Positions 1 to 10,097 of a stretch of DNA of 64,000 nt are shown one piece after another. This DNA is from Fibrobacteria bacterium (lineage in GTDB: Bacteria; Fibrobacterota; Fibrobacteria; UBA11236). Made by a program: the position numbers and the translations under genes. The notes beneath the pieces were generated by a model. It saw only the letters and a list, made by a program, of their open reading frames with translations. It was not told the DNA's origin and made no database searches. Numbering within the stretch: the stretch's first letter is position 1; each line of letters opens with the position of its first letter. The stretch is from NCBI GenBank assembly GCA_043745805.1, contig JAYTSD010000008.1, forward strand, positions 160,001-224,000, written 5' to 3'.

Positions 1-1
1 T

Positions 2-136
2 GCCGTGGGTAACAAAGTTCTGTCCTTGCATCGTAGTGCCATTGGTGATTTCAACGTAACCGACATTCCCGTGGGCGAATGGAGAATTTTAAGCAAAAAA
101 GAATATTTACTTTTGGGTGTGGAACCCAAACGATGA
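2..136 (+). CDS. RsuA/RluB-family pseudouridine synthase, C-terminal end (truncated by window edge)
   Basis: Frame 2 reads AVGNKVLSLHRSAIGDFNVTDIPVGEWRILSKKEYLLLGVEPKR*, matching the RsuA-family C-terminal pattern (xVxxLHRxxIG...GEWRxL). Its TGA overlaps the next ATG (ATGA 133-136). Confidence 0.75.
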   Translation, partial: AVGNKVLSLHRSAIGDFNVTDIPVGEWRILSKKEYLLLGVEPKR

Positions 137-1260
137 ATCCGAAGTATGCTACAAAGCCAAGCAAATCTATTTCCTTGGATCCAGCGGTTACCCTACTGAC
201 CGAAAAATATACGCCTCAAGGACAAGCTTTACTGATAATAGAAGCGCAACCTGCTTGGGTTGAAAAACTCACTACGCATTTTGAAAAAGTAGTTTGTCAA
301 AATTCCTTATTAGATGAATATCAAGCTTGTCAAATGGCGGGTAAGGATGCAAAAAAAATTACCTGCATTTTAGGTGAAATTCCATTTGCCGGATCTACAT
401 ACTGGGTCAATCAATCCTTTGATGAAATTATTTATCGAATTCAACGTAGCTCCGCACAAGTCCATGCCACCTTGCAACAAGCCTTTGCGCTGTTAAAAAT
501 TGGTGGTCGATTAACCGTAACCGGAGCAAATCAAGAGGGCATTAAAAGTGCCGCCAAGCATGGCGAAAACCTGTTTGGTAATTTAAATATTCTGACCTTA
601 AAATCATCGTGCCGACTCTTACAATTTCAAAAAGAAAATACGCTTCCAAATTGCGATTTAGACGATGAAAAATATTTTGTTGACCGCGAATATACCGTAA
701 CTTTTGGGTTACATTCTTTTAGCTATGTCACCAAGCCTGGAATATTTTCCTATCGCCATACCGATGCCGCTAGCCTTTTTTTATTACAAACGATGCCTTC
801 CCTAGCCGGAAAAAAAGTCTTGGACTTGGCCTGTGGTTGCGGTGTATTGGCGTTAGGAGCGCATTTTTTAGGAGCCCAGTCTGTAGATGGCGTAGACAGT
901 AATTTTGTAGCCACGGAATGCGCAAAACGCAATTTTGTAAAGGCCGGTTTAACGGGTGAAATTAGCTGCGCCGATATGCTCAATAGTAACGCAGATAAAA
1001 TAAGTGAACTCTATGATGTCATTATTTGCAATCCGCCTTTTCATCATGGAAGCCAAACCGATTATACGCTTCCGCAAAAGACTTTAGAAACCTGTTTACT
1101 AAGACTTAATGACGGTGGCGAAGTTTATTTAGTAGCCAATCAGTTCTTGGATTATATGCGGCCTGGAAAAAATTTATTTGCCGACTGCGAACAAATTGCC
1201 CAAGATAAAAGTTATCGTGTTTATCGTTTTCGTAAATCACTTCACGAACAATCGACTTAA
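133..1260 (+). CDS. rsmC: Class I SAM-dependent methyltransferase, RsmC-like (16S rRNA m2G1207)
   Basis: PGIFS..D, VLDLACGCG SAM motif, NPPFH and G.GIKSA motifs. Start moved from 79 to ATG 133, which is coupled to the upstream stop. Confidence 0.7.
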   Translation: MNPKYATKPSKSISLDPAVTLLTEKYTPQGQALLIIEAQPAWVEKLTTHFEKVVCQNSLLDEYQACQMAGKDAKKITCILGEIPFAGSTYWVNQSFDEIIYRIQRSSAQVHATLQQAFALLKIGGRLTVTGANQEGIKSAAKHGENLFGNLNILTLKSSCRLLQFQKENTLPNCDLDDEKYFVDREYTVTFGLHSFSYVTKPGIFSYRHTDAASLFLLQTMPSLAGKKVLDLACGCGVLALGAHFLGAQSVDGVDSNFVATECAKRNFVKAGLTGEISCADMLNSNADKISELYDVIICNPPFHHGSQTDYTLPQKTLETCLLRLNDGGEVYLVANQFLDYMRPGKNLFADCEQIAQDKSYRVYRFRKSLHEQST

Positions 1261-1790
1261 TCCTTCCATTGCGGGCCCCATGATTTAGGCGGGCCCGAAT
1301 CTTCTAACGTATCTTTATTGTTACCTTTAGATTCAATCCCTTCGAGCTTTTCAATTACAAGATCTAAATCCTCTTGGTTTTTGACTATCGCAAAAAGTTG
1401 ATTAGCCGTAAGCAGCGCAAGTTCTTTCGCAATCTCCAATCTTTCATTTTCGCCTAAATGCTCAAAGCGCGAGGACCAAGCAAAAAAAGCTTGTTTAATT
1501 TTTTCTGCGCCACCTTCTTTAGTATTCACTTGCTTAGACATAAGATATCTCCTATAAAAAACTTGCGCCTCCTCAACTGTCGTAAGCAAATGCTCGGCTA
1601 ATTTTTCCAAAGACCATTTACCTTGTAAGGCCTTAGCCATAGTAATCACGGCAGCCGGAGCAACTTCGCTCCAACGATAATGTGTGGGCTTAAGATTTAA
1701 ATATTCGCGATAGGATAATGCGAAGGTATCCGCTACCCAGCAATCTTGTAGCAAAAATTTTTGCTTAGGATTTTTATCCGTAGGAATCAT
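1257..1790 (-). CDS. Hypothetical protein, last gene of the xseAB operon
   Basis: 177-aa ORF whose start overlaps the xseB stop (TAATG). No family recognised. Confidence 0.7.
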   Translation of the reverse strand: MIPTDKNPKQKFLLQDCWVADTFALSYREYLNLKPTHYRWSEVAPAAVITMAKALQGKWSLEKLAEHLLTTVEEAQVFYRRYLMSKQVNTKEGGAEKIKQAFFAWSSRFEHLGENERLEIAKELALLTANQLFAIVKNQEDLDLVIEKLEGIESKGNNKDTLEDSGPPKSWGPQWKD

Positions 1791-2029
1791 TAAGCATCCT
1801 CGCTGAGGCCGCCTTCTACCCCATCCTTAACCACATCACTAAATTCGCTGTCTAAATTCGCCAAAACATCTTTTACTTTCGCTTCGGTTTCCGTTAAAAC
1901 ACTTTTGCAATATTTTAATAAACCGGCGGCTTCTACCACGCGCTCGGCCAGCACATCAATGGATATACGGCTTTGATCAATGTCTTCTAAAATTTCGTCC
2001 AGCCGTGTAATAGCTTCCGCATAATTCAT
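1790..2029 (-). CDS. xseB: Exodeoxyribonuclease VII small subunit
   Basis: MNYAEAITRLDEILEDID...LLKYCKSVLTETEAKV, directly after xseA. Start set at the internal ATG. Confidence 0.9.
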   Translation of the reverse strand: MNYAEAITRLDEILEDIDQSRISIDVLAERVVEAAGLLKYCKSVLTETEAKVKDVLANLDSEFSDVVKDGVEGGLSEDA

Positions 2030-2039
2030 GGAAGGCTCT

Positions 2040-3464
2040 TTATTCCCTTTCATTAACAATCTCCTTTTTTGTTAAAACTTGGCTTTCAATATTTCCGTCT
2101 TGCATTTGATTAATAACTTTTTGCCCTAAATTTACTTGCGAAGCATTTGTCAAGATTTTCCCCGACGTATCACGCAAGATACTATATCCCAAACGCAAAG
2201 CCTGCGCAGGATCCGCCATTTTCATTAACTTTTCTTTTAATACCAGGCCTTCATGAGCCGCATCTAGCTTTTGCATCCATAAGCTTTTGATGGTTTTGGT
2301 TTGATTAAAGGTTTTTAATTTTTCGAGCGACCATATTTTTAAAGGCCCACGTTGCAAACCCACTAGGTTACGCTGTAACCTATCGGCTTCTCGACGCAAA
2401 AGTTGCTTGACCAAAGATTTAATCGCCCGTGACCATTCTTTGGAACGCCAAGTCTCGCCGGATTTTTGTTTTTCCCATTGTAACTTGACGGTTAAAGCTT
2501 GCGAAGCCAATTCATTGCGGGCCTGCATCCATTCTACATTCCAAATTTCTTGCACTAAACGTGCACCTTCCACTAAACGGGAAAAAGCTTGGGCTAAACG
2601 CTCTTCTAAAAATTTAGCACAATCGGTAGGGGTGATTTTATTTTCATAAGCCGCTAAATCAGCTAAAGAATTATCAATTTCATGGCCAATACCAGTTAAT
2701 ACCGGAACAGGTGAATTGGCAATGGCACGACAAATTTTTTCCGAATCAAAATAAACCAAATCCATTTTGGCGCCCCCACCACGCACCAAACAAATCACAT
2801 CCAGTGGCATTTTTCCTAAATGCTGCAAAGCCAAAAGCACGGTTTCTTCAGTATTCTCGCCTTGCATTTTGGCGCCCACAAAAGCTATTTGAAAAGAAAA
2901 TCCTGATCCTAAAAGTACACTGGTAAAATCATGATAGGCGGCAGAACTAGGTGCGGTGATTAAGCCAACGCGTAAAGGAATTTCACTGAAGGCTAGTTTT
3001 TTGTTTTTTTCCAATAATCCTTCACGCAATAGTTTTTCTAAAATTTTTTGTCGGGTTTGGCTCAATTCACCCAGGGTAAAACTTCCGTCAATATCTTTAA
3101 TACGAGGTTGAAAACGCCCTAAAGGCACATAAAAACTGGGTTCAATCAATGCGGCAATTTTTAATTCAATGCGCAACTTAAAAGGTAAGGGTAATTCCGC
3201 AAAGCGTATATTAAAGGCTTCTAATTGTGAAGTCCACAGGGTTAAATCCAAAATAGCCAATGGCTTAGAGTTGTTTTCTTCAAACTCCGCTAAACTTAAA
3301 TAAGCGACTCGTCCACGCACATTAAGCTGAGTGATCACACCCTTGACCCAAACCTGCGGTGCAGTTTTGATCAAGCGTTCCATGCTTTTATTGTATTGGG
3401 TAATGCTATAGATTTTAGGCGGGGCCGATAAGGCTAGAATGGACGCTTCTATTCCCAGACTCAT
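2040..3464 (-). CDS. xseA: Exodeoxyribonuclease VII large subunit
   Basis: N-terminal OB-fold, ITAPSSAAYHD, RGGG, TGIGHEID and TPT motifs, C-terminal LRLGYS. Confidence 0.95.
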   Translation of the reverse strand: MSLGIEASILALSAPPKIYSITQYNKSMERLIKTAPQVWVKGVITQLNVRGRVAYLSLAEFEENNSKPLAILDLTLWTSQLEAFNIRFAELPLPFKLRIELKIAALIEPSFYVPLGRFQPRIKDIDGSFTLGELSQTRQKILEKLLREGLLEKNKKLAFSEIPLRVGLITAPSSAAYHDFTSVLLGSGFSFQIAFVGAKMQGENTEETVLLALQHLGKMPLDVICLVRGGGAKMDLVYFDSEKICRAIANSPVPVLTGIGHEIDNSLADLAAYENKITPTDCAKFLEERLAQAFSRLVEGARLVQEIWNVEWMQARNELASQALTVKLQWEKQKSGETWRSKEWSRAIKSLVKQLLRREADRLQRNLVGLQRGPLKIWSLEKLKTFNQTKTIKSLWMQKLDAAHEGLVLKEKLMKMADPAQALRLGYSILRDTSGKILTNASQVNLGQKVINQMQDGNIESQVLTKKEIVNERE

Positions 3465-3538
3465 TTTTCCACGTTCTCCATTCCCAAAGGATAAAAATAA
3501 TCGAAAAAAGCTTTAGTAGCTCGGAATTCCTTATTCTC

Positions 3539-3569
3539 TTGCCGTTCTAGGGCAGTAGTGTTAAATTTG
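3539..3569 (+). promoter_or_regulatory. Putative housekeeping promoter of fbaA
   Basis: TTGCCG-N17-TAAATT(TG), followed by SD GGAGGGAG before ATG 3608. Confidence 0.5.
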
Positions 3570-3607
3570 GGTCTTCTTTTTGTTTCCGTCTTGGAGGGAG
3601 TTTTTCA

Positions 3608-4636
3608 ATGCCTATCGTCGATTATAAAACCTATTGCAAAATGTTGGATGTCGCCAACGAAAAAAAATATGCTTATCCAGCTATAAATGTTTCCAGTATG
3701 GAAACAGCCAATGCTGCCTTAATTGGTTTTGCTGAAGCTAAATCCGACGGCATCGTTCAAGTCTCAACTGGTGGCGGCCAACATGCTTCTGGCTCTATGG
3801 TCAAAGACATGGTCATCGGTGCAATTTCCTTAGCGAATCATATTCAACTTATGGCTGAACGTTATAATGTTAATATCGCTTTACACACTGATCATTGCCA
3901 ACCAGGTAAAGTGGCCTCTTTTTTAAATCCTTTAATTGCCGAAACCGAAAGACGTCGCGCCCGCGGTGAAAAAAATCTTTTCAATAGTCATATGTTCGAC
4001 GGTTCGGAATTAGCCTTGCCCGAAAATATGAAAATCGCCAAAGAGCTTATGGCTATCTGCGCGAAGAATGAAATTATTTTGGAAGTGGAAGCCGGTGTAG
4101 TAGGCGGCGAAGAAGATGGCGTAAGTCATGAAGATGCTCCTGCTGAAAAATTGTACACCACACCCGAAGATATGCTTGGCGTATACGAAGCCTTATCACA
4201 ATTCAAAGGTGGACGCTATATGTTTGCCGCTACTTTCGGTAATGTACATGGTGTATACAAACCTGGTAATGTGAAACTCAAACCCGAGATTTTAAAATTA
4301 GGTCAAGAAGCTTTAAAGAAAAAATATAATGCACGTTTTGATTTGGTTTTCCATGGCGGTTCCGGTTCCACTAAAGAAGAAATTCATGAAACCTTGGATT
4401 ATGGTGTAGTGAAAATGAATGTGGATACCGATACACAATATGCCTTCACCCGTCCTATTGTCGGTCATATGTTTAAGAATTATGATGGCGTTTTAAAAAT
4501 TGAAGGTGAAGTGGGCAATAAAAAAGCTTATGACCCTCGCGCTTATTTAAAATTGGGCGAAAGAGCCATGGCTGAACGTATCAAAGAAGCGTGTGCCGAT
4601 CTTAAATCGACTGGCAAAACTTTATTCTCGGCCTAA
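3608..4636 (+). CDS. fbaA: Fructose-bisphosphate aldolase class II (type A)
   Basis: HTDHC, HMFDGS, GGEEDG, FGNVHGVYKPG, VFHGGSG, KMNVDTD and YDPR motifs. Confidence 0.97.
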   Translation: MPIVDYKTYCKMLDVANEKKYAYPAINVSSMETANAALIGFAEAKSDGIVQVSTGGGQHASGSMVKDMVIGAISLANHIQLMAERYNVNIALHTDHCQPGKVASFLNPLIAETERRRARGEKNLFNSHMFDGSELALPENMKIAKELMAICAKNEIILEVEAGVVGGEEDGVSHEDAPAEKLYTTPEDMLGVYEALSQFKGGRYMFAATFGNVHGVYKPGNVKLKPEILKLGQEALKKKYNARFDLVFHGGSGSTKEEIHETLDYGVVKMNVDTDTQYAFTRPIVGHMFKNYDGVLKIEGEVGNKKAYDPRAYLKLGERAMAERIKEACADLKSTGKTLFSA

Positions 4637-4668
4637 GCTTTAGTAAAAACTAAAAAAGAAATGTACCC

Positions 4669-4698
4669 AAAGGCTCTCTCTAATCAGGGAGCCTTTTT
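4669..4698 (+). terminator. Intrinsic terminator after fbaA (probably bidirectional)
   Basis: AAAGGCTCTCT-ctaatc-AGGGAGCCTTT followed by TT. Confidence 0.75.
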
Positions 4699-4701
4699 AA
4701 T

Positions 4702-4917
4702 TTGGGACCTCGTCTTAATCTCCCGCTAGGCGAGAAATTTGTTTTCCGAGTGGGAGTTGGACCTCTAATCTGGAGAGAAAATTGGAATGGCGTAGTTAAA
4801 GGATATACTAAAGACAGTTTTTATGGAGCCGCCACAAATAACAAATACCAAACCAATTTTATTTGGTACGGTGGCAATTTGGATTTTGAATGGAAGCTTG
4901 CAATAAAAAGGGGTTAA
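4702..4917 (+). pseudogene. Probable remnant of an outer-membrane beta-barrel gene
   Basis: 71 codons with beta-strand/aromatic periodicity (FVFRVGVGPLIW; WYGGNLDFEWKL). No signal peptide, in-frame TAA at 4681, and it lies after the fbaA terminator. Confidence 0.4.
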
Positions 4918-6152
4918 TCCCCTTTTTCAAATACCACGCAACTATTATGACCACCGAAACCAAAACTATTATTGATTCCATATTGAGTCGAAGTGGTCGA
5001 CATAATATTCGGAACACAATCGACATCACATTCAGGATCTTGATTTTCCACATTTAATGTGGGATGCACTTTTCCAGAATTTAAAGTCATCAGCAATACC
5101 ACGGCTTCCAAAGCCGAAGCGCCACCCAATAAATGACCCACCATACTTTTGGTAGCATGCACTTTAAGGTTACGTATTTGATCACCAAAAACTCGACGCA
5201 AAGCTTTTATTTCCGCAGCATCACCGAGCGGAGTAGAGGTAGCATGCGCGTTAACAATACCAATTTCCGATTTTTGTATGCCAGCATCGGCGATAGCATT
5301 CTCTACTGCTAAACATACGCCTTCGCCTGTTTCTAAAGGAGCAGACATGTGGTATGCATCACAACTCATGCCATAACCTTTAACAATCCCTAAGATTTTT
5401 GCACCACGACGTTCCGCATGTTCACGAGATTCCAGTACCATTACGCCAGCACCCTCGCCTAAAACAAAACCATCCCTATCTTTATCAAAAGGCCGAGACG
5501 CTTTAGAAGGGTCTTCATTACGGCGCGATAAAGCTTTCATATTTCCAAAACCGGCTACCGAGACTTCGCAAACCGATTCTTCACCACCACCTGCCAACAT
5601 AACATCCGCCTTACCTAAACGGATTTGATCAGCTGCAGTGATAATTGCGTGATTACCAGAGGAACAAGCTGAAGTCACCGACCAATTAGGCCCACGCCAA
5701 CCCAAACGAATAGCGACCATACCACTTGCCATATTGGTGATAGACATAGGCACAAAAAAGGGAGACACACGCTTGGGACCCTTGGTCACATAGTTTCCAG
5801 CATTTTCGGTAAAGGTTTCTATACCCCCCATACCCGAACCCAAAATCATTCCTGCGCGATTTATATTCACAGGATAATTTTTTAATCCTGCCCGTTCCAC
5901 CGCGGTTACGGCAGCATGCATCATATATTGAATAAAGCGACTCGTACGTCCCACCTCTTTCGCATCGAAATAAGGTGAAGCATCAAATTGTTTAACCTCT
6001 CCACCAAAACGCGTTGAGAATTGGCTCGTATCGAAACGATCAATATTACTGATACCCGATTTTCCCGCTAAAAGATTTTGAAATAATTCTTCGGGACTAT
6101 TTCCTAAAGAACTAACAACACCAAAACCTGTAATTACAATTTCTTTTTGCAT
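4914..6152 (-). CDS. fabF: Beta-ketoacyl-ACP synthase II
   Basis: SACSSG catalytic Cys, NAHATSTPLGD, KSMVGHLLG, NSFGFGGHN. Confidence 0.97.
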   Translation of the reverse strand: MQKEIVITGFGVVSSLGNSPEELFQNLLAGKSGISNIDRFDTSQFSTRFGGEVKQFDASPYFDAKEVGRTSRFIQYMMHAAVTAVERAGLKNYPVNINRAGMILGSGMGGIETFTENAGNYVTKGPKRVSPFFVPMSITNMASGMVAIRLGWRGPNWSVTSACSSGNHAIITAADQIRLGKADVMLAGGGEESVCEVSVAGFGNMKALSRRNEDPSKASRPFDKDRDGFVLGEGAGVMVLESREHAERRGAKILGIVKGYGMSCDAYHMSAPLETGEGVCLAVENAIADAGIQKSEIGIVNAHATSTPLGDAAEIKALRRVFGDQIRNLKVHATKSMVGHLLGGASALEAVVLLMTLNSGKVHPTLNVENQDPECDVDCVPNIMSTTSTQYGINNSFGFGGHNSCVVFEKGD

Positions 6153-6278
6153 TCACTCTCTCTGCTTTGAATGACATTCCCGGTGTGCATAAAACCGGCG
6201 ATTCTTCGACAAAAATCCACTCGACCTCAACCAGAACCCTTGTTATGTTTGTGTAAAGATAAGAAAATAGGAGTATAA

Positions 6279-6848
6279 TTGAACAAAACTTCAAACCATC
6301 TCGTATGGATAGATTTAGAAATGACGGGCTTAGATCCGGAGAAAGATCAAATTTTGGAAATCGCCACCATAATCACCGATAGCGAGCTAAATATTATTGC
6401 TGAAGGGCCAAATTTAGCGCTTTTTCGGGGTGAAGAAACCCTAAAATTGATGGATGATTGGAATCAAAATCAACATGGTTCCTCCGGTCTTTTGCATCAA
6501 GTCCGCAACTCCACCGAAACAGATTCGAGTGCCGAAGAAAAAACCCTCGCTTTTATTGCGCAGTTTTGTGGCCCAAGAGAATCACCGCTTTGTGGAAATT
6601 CCGTTGGACAAGATAAACGTTTTTTGCATAAATATATGCCACGTTTAAGTGAGTATTTGCATTATCGTATTGTCGATGTAAGTACCGTTAAGGAATTGGC
6701 AAATCGCTGGTATCCTACGGCCCCTATATTCAAAAAACAAGAAGCGCATACAGCCCTAGCGGATATTCGAGAGTCCGTCGCCGAATTAGTTTATTTCCGT
6801 CAATTAATTTTCAAATCTAAAGAAGCATTGCTTTCTTCTGGAGGATAA
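6279..6848 (+). CDS. orn: Oligoribonuclease
   Basis: LVWIDLEMTGLD, PLCGNS, HYRIVDVST and HTALADIRES. TTG start with AGGAG SD. Confidence 0.96.
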   Translation: MNKTSNHLVWIDLEMTGLDPEKDQILEIATIITDSELNIIAEGPNLALFRGEETLKLMDDWNQNQHGSSGLLHQVRNSTETDSSAEEKTLAFIAQFCGPRESPLCGNSVGQDKRFLHKYMPRLSEYLHYRIVDVSTVKELANRWYPTAPIFKKQEAHTALADIRESVAELVYFRQLIFKSKEALLSSGG

Positions 6849-6850
6849 TC

Positions 6851-8173
6851 ATTAAACTGCAAGATAAAGATTTCGCATTCAAAAAGACTTCTGCGCAAAA
6901 ATCAGTTTCGCGCTCCTCTAATAAATTTTATTGGGGAGTTATTGGCCTCGTGGCAATAGGCTTTGGAATGCGGCAAATTGCGAATATCAAAAAAGTTTGG
7001 ATTCCTGCAGACAAGGTAAGCCTTGCTAGTATGGAAGCCCCCAAATCTCAGCCGGAAAAATCTTTTAAAAAATTATCGATTAGTCCAATTATAAAGAATT
7101 ATCCGTTTCCCGATACCTTTAATGTTGCGGGAAAAAAATATGTGGCGCAATATTGGCAAGACAGCTTAATCAATCGGCGCATTGATGTGTATATGCAACG
7201 CTATCGCCCTGAACATGGAGTCATTGCCGTATGCGATTTAAAAAGTGGGCGCATATTAGGTTTAGGTGAGCGACGCGATGACTTGATCACCCATCAGCCG
7301 CAAATGGCGCTGGGAGGCCGATTTCCTGCTGCCTCTTTAATTAAAATTTTGACTGCCATAGCCGCTTTGGAAAATCAAGCGCAAGAGGTAACCGATAGCA
7401 TACCTCAAATTGGGGCCGCACATACTCTTTATCGAAGTCAAGTTTGCCTGCTTAAACAAAAGCATATCAACAAAATTTCTTTAATGGATGCCTTTGCTAA
7501 ATCGGTGAATCCGGCCTTTGGGATTTTGGGATTATCTGTCGGCTCCAAAATGTTACGAGAGACAGGGGAACGCATGGGATTTAATCAAGAAAGCGCATTC
7601 CCAACCCTAGTGCCAAGCAATTTAATAATTCCGGATTCAGGATTTTCTCTCGCTGAAATGGCTTGCGGCTTTAATCAAATTACTACCATATCTCCTCTTC
7701 ATGCTTTAGAAATAGTACGTGGTGCTGCCGGAAATGGGAAATTACAATCTTGCGAATGGATTCAAAGCTTGCATGATGAAGGAGGAAAACTCGAAAATGA
7801 TTTTTTTGAAAACCGCACCGAATCGCTGCCTTTTATCTCCACCAAAAACTTGCCTAAACTACGAGGACTGATGGAAGCCACTATTGAATTTGGAACCGCG
7901 CGTAAAAGTTTTCATCAAATATTGCACCGCAATCAAATGGATCAATTAGACATTGGCGGAAAAACAGGTTCGCTCGATGGACAAGATCCACCCGGGCGCT
8001 ATGATTGGTTTTTAGGATATGCCAAAGAAAAAAATGCTGAAGAAGGTATTGCTATTTGTATAATGCTAGTGCATCATGAATACAAAGCCGTAAAGGCAAA
8101 TCAATTAGCAGCATTATTAATTCGTGATTGGCTTATTGAAAAAAATAAAGAAAAAGTGATTCGTAAAACTTGA
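6851..8173 (+). CDS. Penicillin-binding protein, transpeptidase domain only
   Basis: SxxK (ASLIK), SxN (SVN) and KTG (KTGS) motifs. The frame is open upstream of GTG 6950 and encodes the TM anchor there, so the start is uncertain (6851, 6857 or 6950). Confidence 0.8.
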   Translation: MKLQDKDFAFKKTSAQKSVSRSSNKFYWGVIGLVAIGFGMRQIANIKKVWIPADKVSLASMEAPKSQPEKSFKKLSISPIIKNYPFPDTFNVAGKKYVAQYWQDSLINRRIDVYMQRYRPEHGVIAVCDLKSGRILGLGERRDDLITHQPQMALGGRFPAASLIKILTAIAALENQAQEVTDSIPQIGAAHTLYRSQVCLLKQKHINKISLMDAFAKSVNPAFGILGLSVGSKMLRETGERMGFNQESAFPTLVPSNLIIPDSGFSLAEMACGFNQITTISPLHALEIVRGAAGNGKLQSCEWIQSLHDEGGKLENDFFENRTESLPFISTKNLPKLRGLMEATIEFGTARKSFHQILHRNQMDQLDIGGKTGSLDGQDPPGRYDWFLGYAKEKNAEEGIAICIMLVHHEYKAVKANQLAALLIRDWLIEKNKEKVIRKT

Positions 8174-8185
8174 AAATTTCGCATT

Positions 8186-9283
8186 ATGGCTAGAAAAAAA
8201 GTCGCTCTCATTTTAAGCGGTGGCGGTGCTCGAGGTGCTTATCAAGTAGGCATTTTAAGCGCATGGAAAGACATATTCCGACGTAACGGTAACATTGAAG
8301 TGATTTGTGGCGTTTCCGCAGGCTCAATAAATGCGGTACGCTTAATGCAAAGCGCTCCCAATTATTTACGCGGGGTAGAATCTTTAGAAGATTTATGGCT
8401 AAACCTTACAACCGATCAAGTTTTTGAATCCGATTTTAAAGCCGTAATAAAAAACTTAATGCGGCTTCTTCAATCTTCTAGGCATCGCCGACCAGGCCAA
8501 GGTGATACCATTATTAATGCCATGTTAAGTACCGCACCCTTACATAATTTTTTACGTAATAATTTAGATATGGGTCAGGTACAACAAAGGTTACGTACCT
8601 TACCGGATCATAGCCTAGCTATTAATTGTTTTGATTATACCGATATGAAAAACGTTACTTTTTATCAAACGAGACAAAGTTGTCCCTCTTGGGAAAGGCC
8701 AACGGTGCGAGGTGTACGTACTTCACTCACAACCGAACATATTATGGCCTCGTGTGCCGTGCCGTTAATTTTCCCGCCTATTATCATGGACGGTCACTAT
8801 TATGGCGACGGTTCTTTGCGCAATATGACACCCTTAAATGCCGCTATTCGTTTGGGAGCGGAAAGAATTATCAATATCAATTTACGTGGCGAACCCTATC
8901 AACGTGGGGTGAATGCACCCCCCACATTGGGCCGCATTGCCGCGACCATGTTAGACTCTATGTTTTTAGATGCAGTTGAAATCGATGCCCAATTTATGAA
9001 TCGTATTAATATGCTAGCCATGCGTGTTCCAGAAAATGAACGGGACGTAAAAATTATTGATTTATGTCGTGTGGGACCCATGATCGATTTCAGCCAAATT
9101 GCGAGCAAATATCGCAATCGTTTTCCACGCACTTTAAGGTATTTATTAGGAGGTTGGATATCCTCCGAAATGCTTAGTTTTTTACTTTTTGATGGCGGTT
9201 ATGCACAAGAGCTAATGGAATGTGGCCGTAAAGACGGCGAACTATTCCATGACTTAATTGAAGAATGGCTTTTAGAAAACTAA
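8186..9283 (+). CDS. Patatin-like phospholipase
   Basis: LSGGGARGAY oxyanion hole, GVSAG nucleophile elbow, YGDGS catalytic Asp. Confidence 0.9.
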   Translation: MARKKVALILSGGGARGAYQVGILSAWKDIFRRNGNIEVICGVSAGSINAVRLMQSAPNYLRGVESLEDLWLNLTTDQVFESDFKAVIKNLMRLLQSSRHRRPGQGDTIINAMLSTAPLHNFLRNNLDMGQVQQRLRTLPDHSLAINCFDYTDMKNVTFYQTRQSCPSWERPTVRGVRTSLTTEHIMASCAVPLIFPPIIMDGHYYGDGSLRNMTPLNAAIRLGAERIININLRGEPYQRGVNAPPTLGRIAATMLDSMFLDAVEIDAQFMNRINMLAMRVPENERDVKIIDLCRVGPMIDFSQIASKYRNRFPRTLRYLLGGWISSEMLSFLLFDGGYAQELMECGRKDGELFHDLIEEWLLEN

Positions 9284-9304
9284 TGTCCTTAGGTTAATGC
9301 AGAG

Positions 9305-10096
9305 TTATTCTGCATTTTCCGAATCTTCTTCTCCGTTTTCCAAATTCCCCTTTTGCGAAGTAATACTAATTGCTCCCAACGAAATGGATAAAGCGGCACC
9401 GGTAAATCCATGCTTATCTTCCCAACCAAAATTTTGACTAGGTCGCAAAGCCACACTGATGTAGGATTTATTTTTTCCCATCACATAATATTCAAAACCA
9501 ATTAGACCTCGAAATTGATCTTCAGGAACATTTGAGAAGGCCGATTCTTTACCTTTATCATTCGTATGTGTACCATCAAATGCCATAAACTCACCACCCA
9601 AAACCAAATTGAATTTAGGGTGTACTAATATCTGTACGGAACCACCCACTTCATATACAAATGACTTTGCTACATATACACTTGATTTTGAACTAGTAGC
9701 ACTAAAATAATTAGCGCTTCCGTAAGTTACTAAGCGGGTTGAATTTTTAATAAATCGTGGAGTAGCTAATTTAGTGGAAACACCACCTTGCCACATAAAC
9801 CCCGATTCAAAACGTTGAATGTTTGGCTTGGATTCGCTTGTTTTTTGAATATCATTGTCAAACGTACCGCCACCGCCAAAAACCCCTAATTGCAAATACT
9901 GCAACGGAGCATAATCAAGATTAACTCCAGTAGTATTTAAAAAAGACGGCACATTTTCTGCAAATACATTTTGTCCCGATTGCTCAAGATAAACTCCCAA
10001 AGCCATTTGATTAGGACCAAATTCAGTCATAGGAGAGCCAGGTGGATAGGCTTCCACTGTTAATGCGAGAAGTAGTAAACTTGCTATACGCTTCAT
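9305..10096 (-). CDS. Secreted hypothetical protein, probable outer-membrane beta-barrel
   Basis: Signal peptide MKRIASLLLLALTVEA and Gly/aromatic amphipathic strands. It starts 1 nt after the upstream TAG. Confidence 0.65.
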   Translation of the reverse strand: MKRIASLLLLALTVEAYPPGSPMTEFGPNQMALGVYLEQSGQNVFAENVPSFLNTTGVNLDYAPLQYLQLGVFGGGGTFDNDIQKTSESKPNIQRFESGFMWQGGVSTKLATPRFIKNSTRLVTYGSANYFSATSSKSSVYVAKSFVYEVGGSVQILVHPKFNLVLGGEFMAFDGTHTNDKGKESAFSNVPEDQFRGLIGFEYYVMGKNKSYISVALRPSQNFGWEDKHGFTGAALSISLGAISITSQKGNLENGEEDSENAE

Positions 10097-10097
10097 A

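Noticed and set aside
79-132. ORF-track start of the methyltransferase at 79
   Set aside because: It overlaps the upstream pseudouridine synthase. ATG 133 is coupled to that gene's stop.
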